Program-made: the position numbers and the translations under genes
From: Planctomycetota bacterium
GTDB lineage: Bacteria > Planctomycetota > Phycisphaerae > Phycisphaerales > SM1A02
Assembly: GCA_016872835.1 (NCBI GenBank)
Contig: VGYX01000007.1
Location: 9,184 to 73,183, forward strand
DNA length: 64,000 bases
Reading direction: 5' to 3'
The notes under the pieces: model-generated
What the model was told of the DNA's origin: nothing
What the model saw: only the letters and a program-made list of their open reading frames with translations
Databases searched by the model: none
Shown: positions 17,457 to 26,125 of the stretch, one piece after another
How positions within the stretch are numbered: position 1 is the stretch's first letter
Layout of the letters: the number at the start of each line of letters is the position of its first letter

Positions 17457-19661
17457 TTACTGGCAGGGTCCGGTGCTCAGCAGGATCAGTGCCACGTCAC
17501 CGAAGTCCACCTCGCCGGTGCCGTCCAGATCGCTGGCGCAGCCCGGGCAGCGACCGTAGTCCAGCAGGGCGAACGCCACGTCACCGTTGTCGACCTCGCC
17601 GCTGCCATCGATGTCACCGAAGCATGCGTTCACCACGCCCTTCAGTCGCAGCGCCGTCTTGTAGTAGATGTCCGGGTTGTCACCCGTCTGCACCACGTAG
17701 GTTGGCGTCGCGCTTGCCGCGTAGCGCCCGAAGCCCGACGTCGGCCAGTTCAAGCTTGCCCAGTAGGCGGGTCGGAAGCTCGTCGGGCTCTGCTGCGGAA
17801 TGCCGTTGGCCGCGTAGTAGAACACGCCAAACGCACCGTTCGTGGCTCCAGCCTTCTCCGGCTTCAGCACCCAGTAGTAGTCGCCCGAGAACAGGTCGAT
17901 CGGCGCAGTCAGATCGATGAAGTACCGCCGGCCGTAATCCGAGTTGATGTTCGCGTACGAATTCGGGTTGAAGGTCACGGTGCCCTCGGCCACCAACGTC
18001 TCGCCGTTGGCTTCACTGAAGGCGTTCAGCCAGTTGCCGGATCGGGAATACACGGCGTAGCGCAGGGTGTCCGCGATCGCCGCACCCGCAGGAAGCGTGT
18101 TGGCCGTGCTGTAGTTGAAGCCGACGAATTCGAAGCCGTCGATCGTGCCTCCGTTGATCAGCGTGAACGGCTGGGCGATCACGTAGCGTGCGTTCGTCGC
18201 GCTCTGATAGCCCGAGGTGTAGTAGAGATTCACCAGCGAGCTGTCGGAGACCTTCTTCACCCGCTTCTGACGACCGTTGTCGTACAGCGTCGAGCGATAG
18301 GCGACCGTCATGGAGCCCGGCGTGAGCGCCGGCGCATCGTCGGGGCTCTGTCCGTCGTCCAGGAAGGTTCCAAGCCGGATCAGGTAGTAGTTGCCCTGCG
18401 TGGTGCCCACCAGCGTGATGGCGGAAGGCCCGCCCGAATCCGTGGTGCCATCGCCGTCCTCGTCGCAGCTGTCGTCGCGGCAGCCCGCGTACTTCGTCGG
18501 CAGGTCCGACGGATCGCCGATGTCGGGGCTCGCACCAAGGTTGTAGATGCTCACCACGGAGTCGCCGAAGTTGCCGAGCCCGCACATGGTGACTCGAAGG
18601 TCGCCGTCGGTCGGTGCGGGGCCCGCCAGGTACCACACGTCGCGCGCGGTGTTGCTGGAGCAGAGCGAGTTCACGTTGTTCGGGCCATCCGTGTTGGCGC
18701 CCGTGTTGTCGAAGCCGAACGTGATGGAGCCTCCGGCCAGGTCGATCTGGGCCGGTGTGGTGAAGCAGTCGTTGTCCGTGATCGGATTCACGCACGCGAA
18801 CACGAAGTTCCCGCACTCCGCAACGCCGACCTGCACGCAGTTGGCGTCCCAGGCCACATTGCAGCACTCGGTATTGAACTGACAGACGGTCTCGCAGCAC
18901 AGCGCGTCATTGCAGCCGGGCTCGGTGCTGGCCTGGGTGCACTCCCCCGCCGCCGTACCACACGAGGCGCTGTCCAGCGCGCTCACGGTGACATCCAACG
19001 CATAGAGCACTGGTCCGTCGTACTTGGTGGGCGCGCTGGTGGGATTGAAGGCCGTCGAGATCACCAGCACCACGTCGCCCGCAGGCGCCGGGATGCGGAA
19101 GCGTTCAATGCCGTTCGGCAGGCGCACCAGCGGAACCTGCGGGCATCCATCCGAGTCGAAGGCGCCGGCCACCAGCGTCTTCGCCGAGGCCTGCACCGAA
19201 CCCGAATACATCGAGAGGTAGCTCTGCTCCCCACCCGCGAAACCCACCGGCGCCCCATCCACGGTGCGCCCCATCGACAGCGTGACTTCCAGATAGCAAC
19301 TGGCCGGCACCGAGAAGCGCAGCCAATCCAGGTCTCGCGAGCTGGAACTGGTGCCATTCAGTGGAACGAAGGTCCCGACCTCGCCAGTGAATCGAAAGCT
19401 CGAACCCACCGACTGCGCACCAAGCTCGCTGAACGCGGCCGGGGTGACGTTCCATCCACCATTCGGATCAGGATCCGCCACGCCGTCCAGATCGGCGTCG
19501 ACACCGTTGTTGAATCCAGTCTCGACCAGACCGGCGCCACTCGCGGGGTCCGCAAGGTTGCACACCTGCGCCCAAGCCGCGCCAGTCGTGCCGATCACAA
19601 GCCATGCGCCCAACGAGCGCCCGAGGAAGGTCGCGAGATTCTTCATTTGCATCTGATTCAC
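17457..19661 (-). CDS. Secreted multi-module protein, tandem paralogue 1 of 3; function unknown
   Basis: 734 aa from GTG 19661 (ATG alternatives at 19652 and 19646). The signal-like N-terminus ends AWAQVC. Other blocks are RDLDWLRFSV, the 10-Cys module SCGTAAGECTQASTEPGCNDALCCETVCQFNTECCNVAWDANCVQVGVAECGNFVFAC, ARDVWY..GDSVVSIYNLG, and GCRDDSCDEDGDG. The tail is CFGDIDGSGEVDNGDVAFALLDYGRCPGCASDLDGTGEVDFGDVALILLSTGPCQ. Confidence 0.8.
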   Translation of the reverse strand: MNQMQMKNLATFLGRSLGAWLVIGTTGAAWAQVCNLADPASGAGLVETGFNNGVDADLDGVADPDPNGGWNVTPAAFSELGAQSVGSSFRFTGEVGTFVPLNGTSSSSRDLDWLRFSVPASCYLEVTLSMGRTVDGAPVGFAGGEQSYLSMYSGSVQASAKTLVAGAFDSDGCPQVPLVRLPNGIERFRIPAPAGDVVLVISTAFNPTSAPTKYDGPVLYALDVTVSALDSASCGTAAGECTQASTEPGCNDALCCETVCQFNTECCNVAWDANCVQVGVAECGNFVFACVNPITDNDCFTTPAQIDLAGGSITFGFDNTGANTDGPNNVNSLCSSNTARDVWYLAGPAPTDGDLRVTMCGLGNFGDSVVSIYNLGASPDIGDPSDLPTKYAGCRDDSCDEDGDGTTDSGGPSAITLVGTTQGNYYLIRLGTFLDDGQSPDDAPALTPGSMTVAYRSTLYDNGRQKRVKKVSDSSLVNLYYTSGYQSATNARYVIAQPFTLINGGTIDGFEFVGFNYSTANTLPAGAAIADTLRYAVYSRSGNWLNAFSEANGETLVAEGTVTFNPNSYANINSDYGRRYFIDLTAPIDLFSGDYYWVLKPEKAGATNGAFGVFYYAANGIPQQSPTSFRPAYWASLNWPTSGFGRYAASATPTYVVQTGDNPDIYYKTALRLKGVVNACFGDIDGSGEVDNGDVAFALLDYGRCPGCASDLDGTGEVDFGDVALILLSTGPCQ

Positions 19662-19784
19662 AATGGGATCACACGGCCCACCACACGGGCCTGCGTGCAG
19701 TATGAACCAGAATCGCCGCCTGTCAGGGGCGAAACGGTCGATTGCGCGAAACTTTCCCCGACGCGGGGTGGGCGCCGTCGCGCC

Positions 19785-21950
19785 TCACTGACAGGGTCCG
19801 GTGCTCAGCAGGATCAGGGCCACGTCGCCGAAGTCGACCTCACCGGTGCCGTCCAGATCGCTGGCGCAGAGCTGGCAGGAACCGAAGTCCAGCAGGGCAA
19901 ACGCCACGTCACCATTGTCGACCTCCATGCTGAAATCCAGGTCACCGAAGCACGGCATCGAACTCACGGGCGTTCCCTTGAGCTTGATGGGTGCGTGGTA
20001 CAGCACGCCAGCACGATCGCCCGTCTGCACGCGATACGTCGCCGTGGAGCTGGCCGTCGTGAGCACCCACGTGCCCGGGGCGGTCGCGTAGTTCTTGGCG
20101 TTCCACCAGCAGGCGCGGTTGTTCGCCGGGTTGAAGTGCTCGATGCCGTCCTGACCGTACACATAGAAGCCCAGCGCACCGCTGGTCGAGCCCGCCGTGG
20201 TGCCCTTCAGGCCCATGAAATAGGACCCGGCCGTCAGCATGAACGGGGTCGGGAAGTCCAGGAAGTAGCGGCGGCCCGCGTCGGAACTGATGTTCGAGTA
20301 GGCCGTGCTGTCGAAGACGAGCTCGCCCTCGGCGACCACGGTGTTCACGCCGGGATTCCAGGTTCCCATCCACGCCGCACTGCTTCCGTCACGCGCGAAG
20401 ATCACCCACTTCACGCGATCGGCGATCGCGGAGGCACTCGTCGGTACGGTGGTGCTTGCGCAGAACTCCAGACCCTCCACCTGCGCGTCCTCCGGGAGGG
20501 TGAACGGCGTCGCCAGCATGTAGTCCGCATCGGTCGTCGAGCGATAGCCCGTCTGCACCGTGAGATTCAAGGCCGTGTTGTCAGAGTTGCGAATCACCTG
20601 ACGCTGACGACCGCTGTTCCACAGGGTCGTGCGCACGTTGAAAGACACCTGCCCCTGCAGCGCGAGGGCCGAGTCCGGATCCGCGCCGGGCTCCAGATAG
20701 GTGCCGATCCGGATCAGGTAGGTGTTGTCCTTCAACACGTTCACCATGGTGTACGCCGATGGTCCGCCGGCGTCGGTGGTGCCATCGCCGTCGTCATCGC
20801 AATAGTCGTCGCGGCAACCCCGATACAGCGCCGGAAGCGTCTGGCCATCGGCAAGACCCGTCACTGCGCCCAGGTTGTAGGTCGAGATCACCGAATCGCC
20901 AAGATTGCCGACGCCGCACATGCTGATGGTCACATCCGCGTCCGCGGGCATCGGGCCGATCTGGTACCAGATGTCGCGCGCGGTCAGCGCACCGCACAGC
21001 TCCAGCAGGTTGTTTGGGCCATCCGTGCTGGCGTTCGTGGTGTCGAAGGCGCGCACCACCGGCATCGAAGCGACATCAATGATTTCGGGCGAGGTCGCGC
21101 AGTCGTTGGCCGGACCACCCGCGTCGCAGGCGTAGACGAAGTTGCCGCACTCTGACACACCAGTCTGGATGCAGTTGTTGTCCCAAGCCACACTGCAGCA
21201 GTCGGGCTCTAGGGTGCAGACCAGATCACAACACGCAGCGTCGCTGCAACCAGACGTGGCGCGAGCGGTCACGCAGTTGCCCGTCGCCGTTCCGCATGAC
21301 GCATTGTCCAGCACCTGCAGCGTCACGTCGAGTCCGTACAGGATCGGGCCCGCGTAGAGGGAGGCATCCTTCGGCGTGGTCGCGATCACCAGCACGTCGG
21401 CGCCCGCGGCGACGGGCACCCGCACCTGGGTGCGTCCGTTTGGATACACATAGGTCGAGCCATTCGGGCAGCCGACCTTGGCGGTGTTGGACAGTTCAAC
21501 GGCCTCTGTCTGCGACTGCACATTGCCGGTGTACACCGACAGTTCACTCACCTCACCCTGCCCAAAGGGCAGCACGAAGCCCCCAAGGTCGCGGCCCATC
21601 GAAAGTGTGATCGCGGCGTAGCACGGACCGGTCGCCGTGAAACGGATGAAGTCAAGGTCACGGAAGTTGGTCCCGCTCGTGCCGGAGTAGTTGCCCACCT
21701 GACCGGTCACGCGGAAGCTGGTCCCAGGCGCGTGCGTGCCAGCCTCAAGGAACGGGTACAGACCTGTTCCGGGATCGGCCGGGGTAAACCAGCCACCGTT
21801 GCCGTCCTTCAGGATCGCCTGATTGAAGCCGCCGTCCACCAGCGTGGCGGGTGAGGCCGGAGAATCCAGATCACACACCTCCGCCGTTGCAACGGAAGCG
21901 GCAACGGAGGCGATGGACATGGAGATCGCGATTCGGATCGTGGGGCGCAT
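19785..21950 (-). CDS. Secreted multi-module protein, tandem paralogue 2 of 3; function unknown
   Basis: Trimmed to MRPTIRIAISMSIASVAASVATAEVC (721 aa). The module order matches paralogue 1: RDLDFIRFT, SCGTATGNCVTARATSGCSDAACCDLVCTLEPDCCSVAWDNNCIQTGVSECGNFVYAC, ARDIWY..GDSVISTYNLG, GCRDDYCDDDGDG. The tail is CFGDLDFSMEVDNGDVAFALLDFGSCQLCASDLDGTGEVDFGDVALILLSTGPCQ. Confidence 0.8.
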   Translation of the reverse strand: MRPTIRIAISMSIASVAASVATAEVCDLDSPASPATLVDGGFNQAILKDGNGGWFTPADPGTGLYPFLEAGTHAPGTSFRVTGQVGNYSGTSGTNFRDLDFIRFTATGPCYAAITLSMGRDLGGFVLPFGQGEVSELSVYTGNVQSQTEAVELSNTAKVGCPNGSTYVYPNGRTQVRVPVAAGADVLVIATTPKDASLYAGPILYGLDVTLQVLDNASCGTATGNCVTARATSGCSDAACCDLVCTLEPDCCSVAWDNNCIQTGVSECGNFVYACDAGGPANDCATSPEIIDVASMPVVRAFDTTNASTDGPNNLLELCGALTARDIWYQIGPMPADADVTISMCGVGNLGDSVISTYNLGAVTGLADGQTLPALYRGCRDDYCDDDGDGTTDAGGPSAYTMVNVLKDNTYLIRIGTYLEPGADPDSALALQGQVSFNVRTTLWNSGRQRQVIRNSDNTALNLTVQTGYRSTTDADYMLATPFTLPEDAQVEGLEFCASTTVPTSASAIADRVKWVIFARDGSSAAWMGTWNPGVNTVVAEGELVFDSTAYSNISSDAGRRYFLDFPTPFMLTAGSYFMGLKGTTAGSTSGALGFYVYGQDGIEHFNPANNRACWWNAKNYATAPGTWVLTTASSTATYRVQTGDRAGVLYHAPIKLKGTPVSSMPCFGDLDFSMEVDNGDVAFALLDFGSCQLCASDLDGTGEVDFGDVALILLSTGPCQ

Positions 21951-22083
21951 TGGCTGTGGACTCCCGAGAGATGGGCGTGGCGTTCGCCGAGAGCACACCT
22001 CGACATATTCCCAATGTGACCCGCCAACGCCCGCGTTCCAACATCAAAGGCCTGTTTCCAATCGAAGACCGGCCACTCATCCG

Positions 22084-22120
22084 CAAAAAGGAGGACCCCC
22101 CGGCGCAAGGCCGGGGGGTC
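22084..22120 (-). terminator. Rho-independent terminator downstream of paralogue 3
   Basis: On the minus strand, GACCCCCCGGC-cuugc-GCCGGGGGGUC (11-bp stem) is followed by CUCCUUUUUGCGG. It sits about 40 nt after the stop at 22161. Confidence 0.85.
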
Positions 22121-22160
22121 GTGTACCCGTAGTGATGTGCCTTCTCAGATCAGCCGTGCA

Positions 22161-24425
22161 TCAGGAGCACGGACCGGTGCTGAGGAGGATGAGGGCGACG
22201 TCACCGAAGTCGACCTCGTTGGTACCGTCGAGATCGGCCGCGCAACCCGGGCATTGCCCGAAATCGAGCAGGCAGAACGCCACGTCGCCGTTGTCGACTT
22301 CATTGTTTCCGTCGAGGTCGCCGAAGCAGGCGACAGCGAGGTCACCCTTGATGCTGAACGCGGGCTGGAAGGTCAGGCCCTGGTTGTCATCGGACTGCGG
22401 CGTGTAACTCTCGGTCGTGCCATTCGCCTCGAACAGCTGGTAGGCGATCATCTCGGGACCCGGGCCAATGCCACGCCAACCGAACGCCTTGCCGGCGACC
22501 GTCGGACCAGCGGGGTTGGTACCGGTGTTGTTGAGCGAGAGGAGATACTGGTCGGGGATACCCTCGATGCCGTAGCTGAGCCACGCGAAGTACGTGCCAG
22601 TCGTCGTGCCTTCCGAGTTGTCGCCGTAGCAGGTGAAGTAGTAGTCACCTGCCGCGAGCTCGAACGCCGCGCTGAGGTCGACGAAGTAGCGCTGGCCGTA
22701 ACGGTCACCGACGTCCGCGAAGGCCTCGATGTCGAACGGTTCGATGCCCTCGAAGAGGACCTGCGAAGCATCGAACATGCCGGCGCCGAACGGACGGCTG
22801 AAGGCCCCGTGATCCGTGTCGGCGCTGTTACGCGCGATGACCTTCCAGGCAACCCGGTCTGCGACGCCGGAATCACTGCCGAAGGCGGTGAAGTCGAAGC
22901 CGTTGACTGAGGCTGGCTCCAAGGTGGAGAAGGGCACGAACATCCAACGCTTGGGGTTGGTGGATGAAGCGACACCCGAAATCCAGCCCAGGTTTACGTT
23001 GGTACCGTCCGCCTTCGCCAGCGCCTCCTGCGCGCCGTTGCTGAACAGCTGGGCACGGAAGCTCACGTTCAAGCTGCCGGTGAGACCAGCGATGCTTGGG
23101 TCGTTCGGATCCTGACCAGCATCCAGGAAGCTGCCGAGGCGGAGCATGTAGTACTCGTCCTTCAACACGCCAATCAAGTTGATGCCGGCGGGACCACCGA
23201 AGTCGAGCTGACCGTCGTCGTTGTCGTCACACACGTCGTCGCGGCAGCCGATGTAGAGGTCCGGCAGCTTGCTGCCGTCGTCCAGCGACGAGATCGGCGT
23301 GCCGGCGGTGTCGGTGCCCAGCCCATAAACGCTGAGGACCGCGTCACCGGTGTTGCCGGCATCGCACATGCTCGCGCGGAGCTCGCCGTCATACGGCAGC
23401 GGGCCCACCACGTACCACACGTCACGGGTGGTGTTGCTCGAGCAGAGCGCGTTCACGTTGTTGGGACCGTCGTTCGTCGCCTGCGAAGCGTCGAAGCCGA
23501 AGGTGATCGGCAGCGTAGTCGCATCGATGAACTCGGCCTGGCCCGCACAGTCGTTCGGCACGCTGGCGTTCGTCACGCACTCGTACACGAACAGACCGCA
23601 CTCCTCAACGCCCGTTTGGATGCAGGACGCATCCCACCCCACGTTGCAGCAGTCCGGGACGAACAGGCAGACGGTGTCGCAGCACAGCGGGTCATTGCAG
23701 CCGGGCGACGTGTTCACGTCCGTGCAGTTGTTGGTGCTGGTGCCGCACGAGGCGTTGTCCAGATTGACGATCTCCAGGTCGATCGCGTAATTGATCGGGC
23801 CGGTGTAACGCGCCTCGTCGAATGGCGTGGTCACCACGATCATGTGCTGGCCCGCGGGCACCGGCACCTTCGCGCTGGTGGTGCCGTTGGGAAGCGTGGC
23901 CTCCACGACCTGCGGGCAGTCGGTCGTCAGACCCTGGCCGTAGATGAAGAGCGCGCCTTCGTCACCGCAGTACACGGTGTTGTCAGCCGTGGACGGGCCG
24001 GTGGCCACGAACACGACGGACTGGGTCGCCGGATCACCCAGCGCCGAGAACGGCACGCCGTCCTTCGACATGCTGACCGTGACCTTGATGTAGCAGGGCT
24101 GGGTGACGGTAAAGCGCCACCAGTCGAGATCGCGGCGATTGCCGCCGTCGGAGCCGAGGTAGTTGCCGGTCAGGCCCTTCGCGCGGTACGCGCCGGGGGC
24201 AAGGGTGCCGAGCTCGGCGAACGCGGGCTCGCCGAGGTTGCAACCGCCGTTCTCGTCGGGGTCATCGGAGCCGTCGTAGTCGGAGTCGACATTGTATTCC
24301 CACGCGGTGTCGGCGGGAAGGTTGCCCGCGCTGTCGGTGTCGCACACCTGCGCGTAACAGAGTGACGCAAAGCCGGTCAGCGACGCGAAGGCCGCCAGGC
24401 TTGCGAAGAGGTTCTCACGCTTCAT
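22161..24425 (-). CDS. Secreted multi-module protein, tandem paralogue 3 of 3; function unknown
   Basis: 754 aa. AGGAGA lies 8 nt upstream of the ATG. The signal-like N-terminus is MKRENLFASLAAFASLTGFASLCYAQVC. Blocks are RDLDWWRFTV, SCGTSTNNCTDVNTSPGCNDPLCCDTVCLFVPDCCNVGWDASCIQTGVEECGLFVYEC, TRDVWY..GDAVLSVYGLG and GCRDDVCDDNDDG. The tail is CFGDLDGNNEVDNGDVAFCLLDFGQCPGCAADLDGTNEVDFGDVALILLSTGPCS. Confidence 0.85.
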   Translation of the reverse strand: MKRENLFASLAAFASLTGFASLCYAQVCDTDSAGNLPADTAWEYNVDSDYDGSDDPDENGGCNLGEPAFAELGTLAPGAYRAKGLTGNYLGSDGGNRRDLDWWRFTVTQPCYIKVTVSMSKDGVPFSALGDPATQSVVFVATGPSTADNTVYCGDEGALFIYGQGLTTDCPQVVEATLPNGTTSAKVPVPAGQHMIVVTTPFDEARYTGPINYAIDLEIVNLDNASCGTSTNNCTDVNTSPGCNDPLCCDTVCLFVPDCCNVGWDASCIQTGVEECGLFVYECVTNASVPNDCAGQAEFIDATTLPITFGFDASQATNDGPNNVNALCSSNTTRDVWYVVGPLPYDGELRASMCDAGNTGDAVLSVYGLGTDTAGTPISSLDDGSKLPDLYIGCRDDVCDDNDDGQLDFGGPAGINLIGVLKDEYYMLRLGSFLDAGQDPNDPSIAGLTGSLNVSFRAQLFSNGAQEALAKADGTNVNLGWISGVASSTNPKRWMFVPFSTLEPASVNGFDFTAFGSDSGVADRVAWKVIARNSADTDHGAFSRPFGAGMFDASQVLFEGIEPFDIEAFADVGDRYGQRYFVDLSAAFELAAGDYYFTCYGDNSEGTTTGTYFAWLSYGIEGIPDQYLLSLNNTGTNPAGPTVAGKAFGWRGIGPGPEMIAYQLFEANGTTESYTPQSDDNQGLTFQPAFSIKGDLAVACFGDLDGNNEVDNGDVAFCLLDFGQCPGCAADLDGTNEVDFGDVALILLSTGPCS

Positions 24426-24538
24426 GAATCATTTCTCCTACGGGTACTCGGTCGTACAGTCTTTCTCCGCCTCGGAGACGCTTCCGGGGCTTGCAACGCA
24501 TACAAATGAACCACGCCATGTGTGGATGGTGTCGACCC

Positions 24539-24566
24539 AACATAACCCTTCCTTCACAAGCGGCAA
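24539..24566 (-). promoter_or_regulatory. Candidate sigma-70-like promoter for paralogue 3 (-35 TTGCCG, 16-nt spacer, -10 TATGTT on the minus strand)
   Basis: It lies in the 249-bp, visibly lower-GC gap upstream of ATG 24425 and would give a leader of about 110 nt. This is pattern recognition only. Confidence 0.25.
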
Positions 24567-24674
24567 AAAGGATTCTCACACTTCAGCCGGGGTTTTCTGA
24601 GCCATGGCACGGTCCTAAAGTCCGAAAATAATTATCGGATCATTGCCCTGCCTCCGCAACAGGCATTCGGTGGA

Positions 24675-24965
24675 TCAGCCCCGAACCCGCTCCACCGTGG
24701 CCGTCAGGCCCTTGGACTGGAACTGCTCGCAAACGAGTTCCGCATGCTCACGATGGGTGCGCAGGACGACCGCCTGTCCTTCCTCGTGCGCCTCAAGCGT
24801 GTGCTCGAACGCCTGCTCCATCGGAACGCGTGCGAGCATGGCCACCGTCTGCACCACGAAGCCCATCTCATTGTGGTCGTCGTTGTGAAGCACGACGGCG
24901 AAGGGCGGCAGCGCGCGGGTCTGCGGAGCGGCCGGGGCGGTTTCTGGCAGCGTGGCGGTGGACAT
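24675..24965 (-). CDS. clpS: ATP-dependent Clp protease adaptor ClpS
   Basis: Trimmed to MSTATLPE.. (96 aa). The core PPFAVVLHNDDHNEMGFVVQTVAMLARVPMEQAFEHTLEAHEEGQAVV is the ClpS signature. No clpA is adjacent. Confidence 0.88.
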   Translation of the reverse strand: MSTATLPETAPAAPQTRALPPFAVVLHNDDHNEMGFVVQTVAMLARVPMEQAFEHTLEAHEEGQAVVLRTHREHAELVCEQFQSKGLTATVERVRG

Positions 24966-25032
24966 TCGCGCAGTGTGCCCGAACGCCCCCACCGCTTTCA
25001 AGCCCCACCACGACATTTCTCGACTTCTCGCC

Positions 25033-26064
25033 TCAGCGCCAGTCCACCACGACCTTGCCGAACTGCTGGCCTGACTCAAGTCGGGCATAGGCCTCGGACC
25101 CCTGTTCCGGGAGCAGCGTCGAATCGATGACCGGCCGGATCGCGCCCGTCCGGAAAAACTGCACGACTTCCCGGAACTCCTGCATCGAGCCCATCGTGCT
25201 GCCGAGAATGCTGAGCTGATTCCAGAACACCCGCGCCAGATCCAGGGTGCCTTCGAAGCCGCTGGTGCAGCCACACGTCACGAAGCAACCACCCCGCGCC
25301 ATGCCACGTACACACGCGGGAAGCACGGAACGGCCGACCGAGTCGATCACGATGTCCACCCCCCGACGACCCGTGGCGGCGCGTACGGCCTTGGACCAGT
25401 CGCTGCCGTCGTCCAGAATCGCATGGTCGGCACCAAGTTCGCGAGCACGCTGCAACTTGTCCGCGTGGCGACTTGTCACGATGGTGCGGCAGCCGACATG
25501 GCGCGCCAGACCCAACGCCGCAAGCGCCACGCCTCCACCGATGCCGGTGATCAGCACGGTCTGACCCGGGCGAACATGAGCCCGCGTGACCAGCATGCGA
25601 TAGGCCGTCAGGTGCGTCAGGCCGAAGGCGGTGGCCTGCACCGGATCGGCGTCGCCGATGTCCAGAAGATTGGTGACCGGTGCCACGAAGAACTCGGCCA
25701 TGGTGCCCGGCGAATGCTCGCCGATCATGTGAATGTCCTCGCCGGCATCGACGTGATCCGGATGCCCGGCACCCGATCGAATGATCGCCGCGTTCAACAG
25801 CACGCGGCGGCCCACCCAGGAAGGATCCACGCCCGGGCCCACCGATTCGATCCGTCCCGCGCCATCCGAACCGGTCACGGTCGGAAACTTCGTGTCAAGG
25901 CCGGGCAGGCCGCGCCCCACCCAAAGATCGAGATGGTTCAGCGCCGATGCCTCGGTTCGAACGCGGGCCTCGCCGACACGCGGTTCCGGCAGCGCACGAT
26001 CCTTCGTGAACTGGACGTTCGCCGCGACGGGGCTTCCTTGACGAAGAATCTCGACTGCTCGCAT
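25033..26064 (-). CDS. Medium-chain (zinc-type) alcohol dehydrogenase / quinone oxidoreductase family protein
   Basis: 343 aa. It has a GroES-like N-terminal domain (ASALNHLDLWVGRG) and the Rossmann motif VLITGIGGGVALAALGLA. Confidence 0.75.
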   Translation of the reverse strand: MRAVEILRQGSPVAANVQFTKDRALPEPRVGEARVRTEASALNHLDLWVGRGLPGLDTKFPTVTGSDGAGRIESVGPGVDPSWVGRRVLLNAAIIRSGAGHPDHVDAGEDIHMIGEHSPGTMAEFFVAPVTNLLDIGDADPVQATAFGLTHLTAYRMLVTRAHVRPGQTVLITGIGGGVALAALGLARHVGCRTIVTSRHADKLQRARELGADHAILDDGSDWSKAVRAATGRRGVDIVIDSVGRSVLPACVRGMARGGCFVTCGCTSGFEGTLDLARVFWNQLSILGSTMGSMQEFREVVQFFRTGAIRPVIDSTLLPEQGSEAYARLESGQQFGKVVVDWR

Positions 26065-26125
26065 GACGGAACTCTACCGTCGCCCTCCGACGCACCCGTG
26101 TGAAGCGTCGCCGTAGCATTCGCGC

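Noticed and set aside
19662-19784. Terminator between paralogues 2 and 1
   Set aside because: Only short 5-bp GC hairpins are present (GGCGC-gacg-GCGCC, CCCCG-cgu-CGGGG, GGCCC..GGGCC), with no U-tract. Paralogues 2 and 1 may be co-transcribed, so I made no terminator call.
17355-21155. 1266-aa ORF on the plus strand spanning paralogues 1 and 2
   Set aside because: It is antisense to two ORFs that have signal peptides, conserved motifs, an RBS and terminators. Its translation is Arg/Ala/Gly/His-rich low-information sequence, typical of stop-codon-poor antisense frames in high-GC DNA.
17457-24425. Diversity-generating retroelement (DGR) targeting the conserved C-termini of the paralogues
   Set aside because: No reverse transcriptase or non-coding template repeat is in the window. 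The differences between the near-identical 3' ends are not restricted to adenine positions.
9984-24425. Cellulosome-type dockerin-cohesin system, or classical type I secretion substrates of the adjacent ABC/MFP/OMF genes
   Set aside because: No cohesin-like scaffoldin or glycoside hydrolase motif is seen. The proteins have N-terminal Sec-type signals and lack RTX GGxGxD repeats. The ABC system is the MacB/FtsX type rather than an HlyB-type exporter. I kept only a weak linkage hypothesis.
24643-24668. Intrinsic terminator after clpS
   Set aside because: The stem (UGCCUG/CAGGGCA) is imperfect, with a bulge and a 9-nt loop, and the U-rich tract lies about 15 nt away. The evidence is too weak to annotate.
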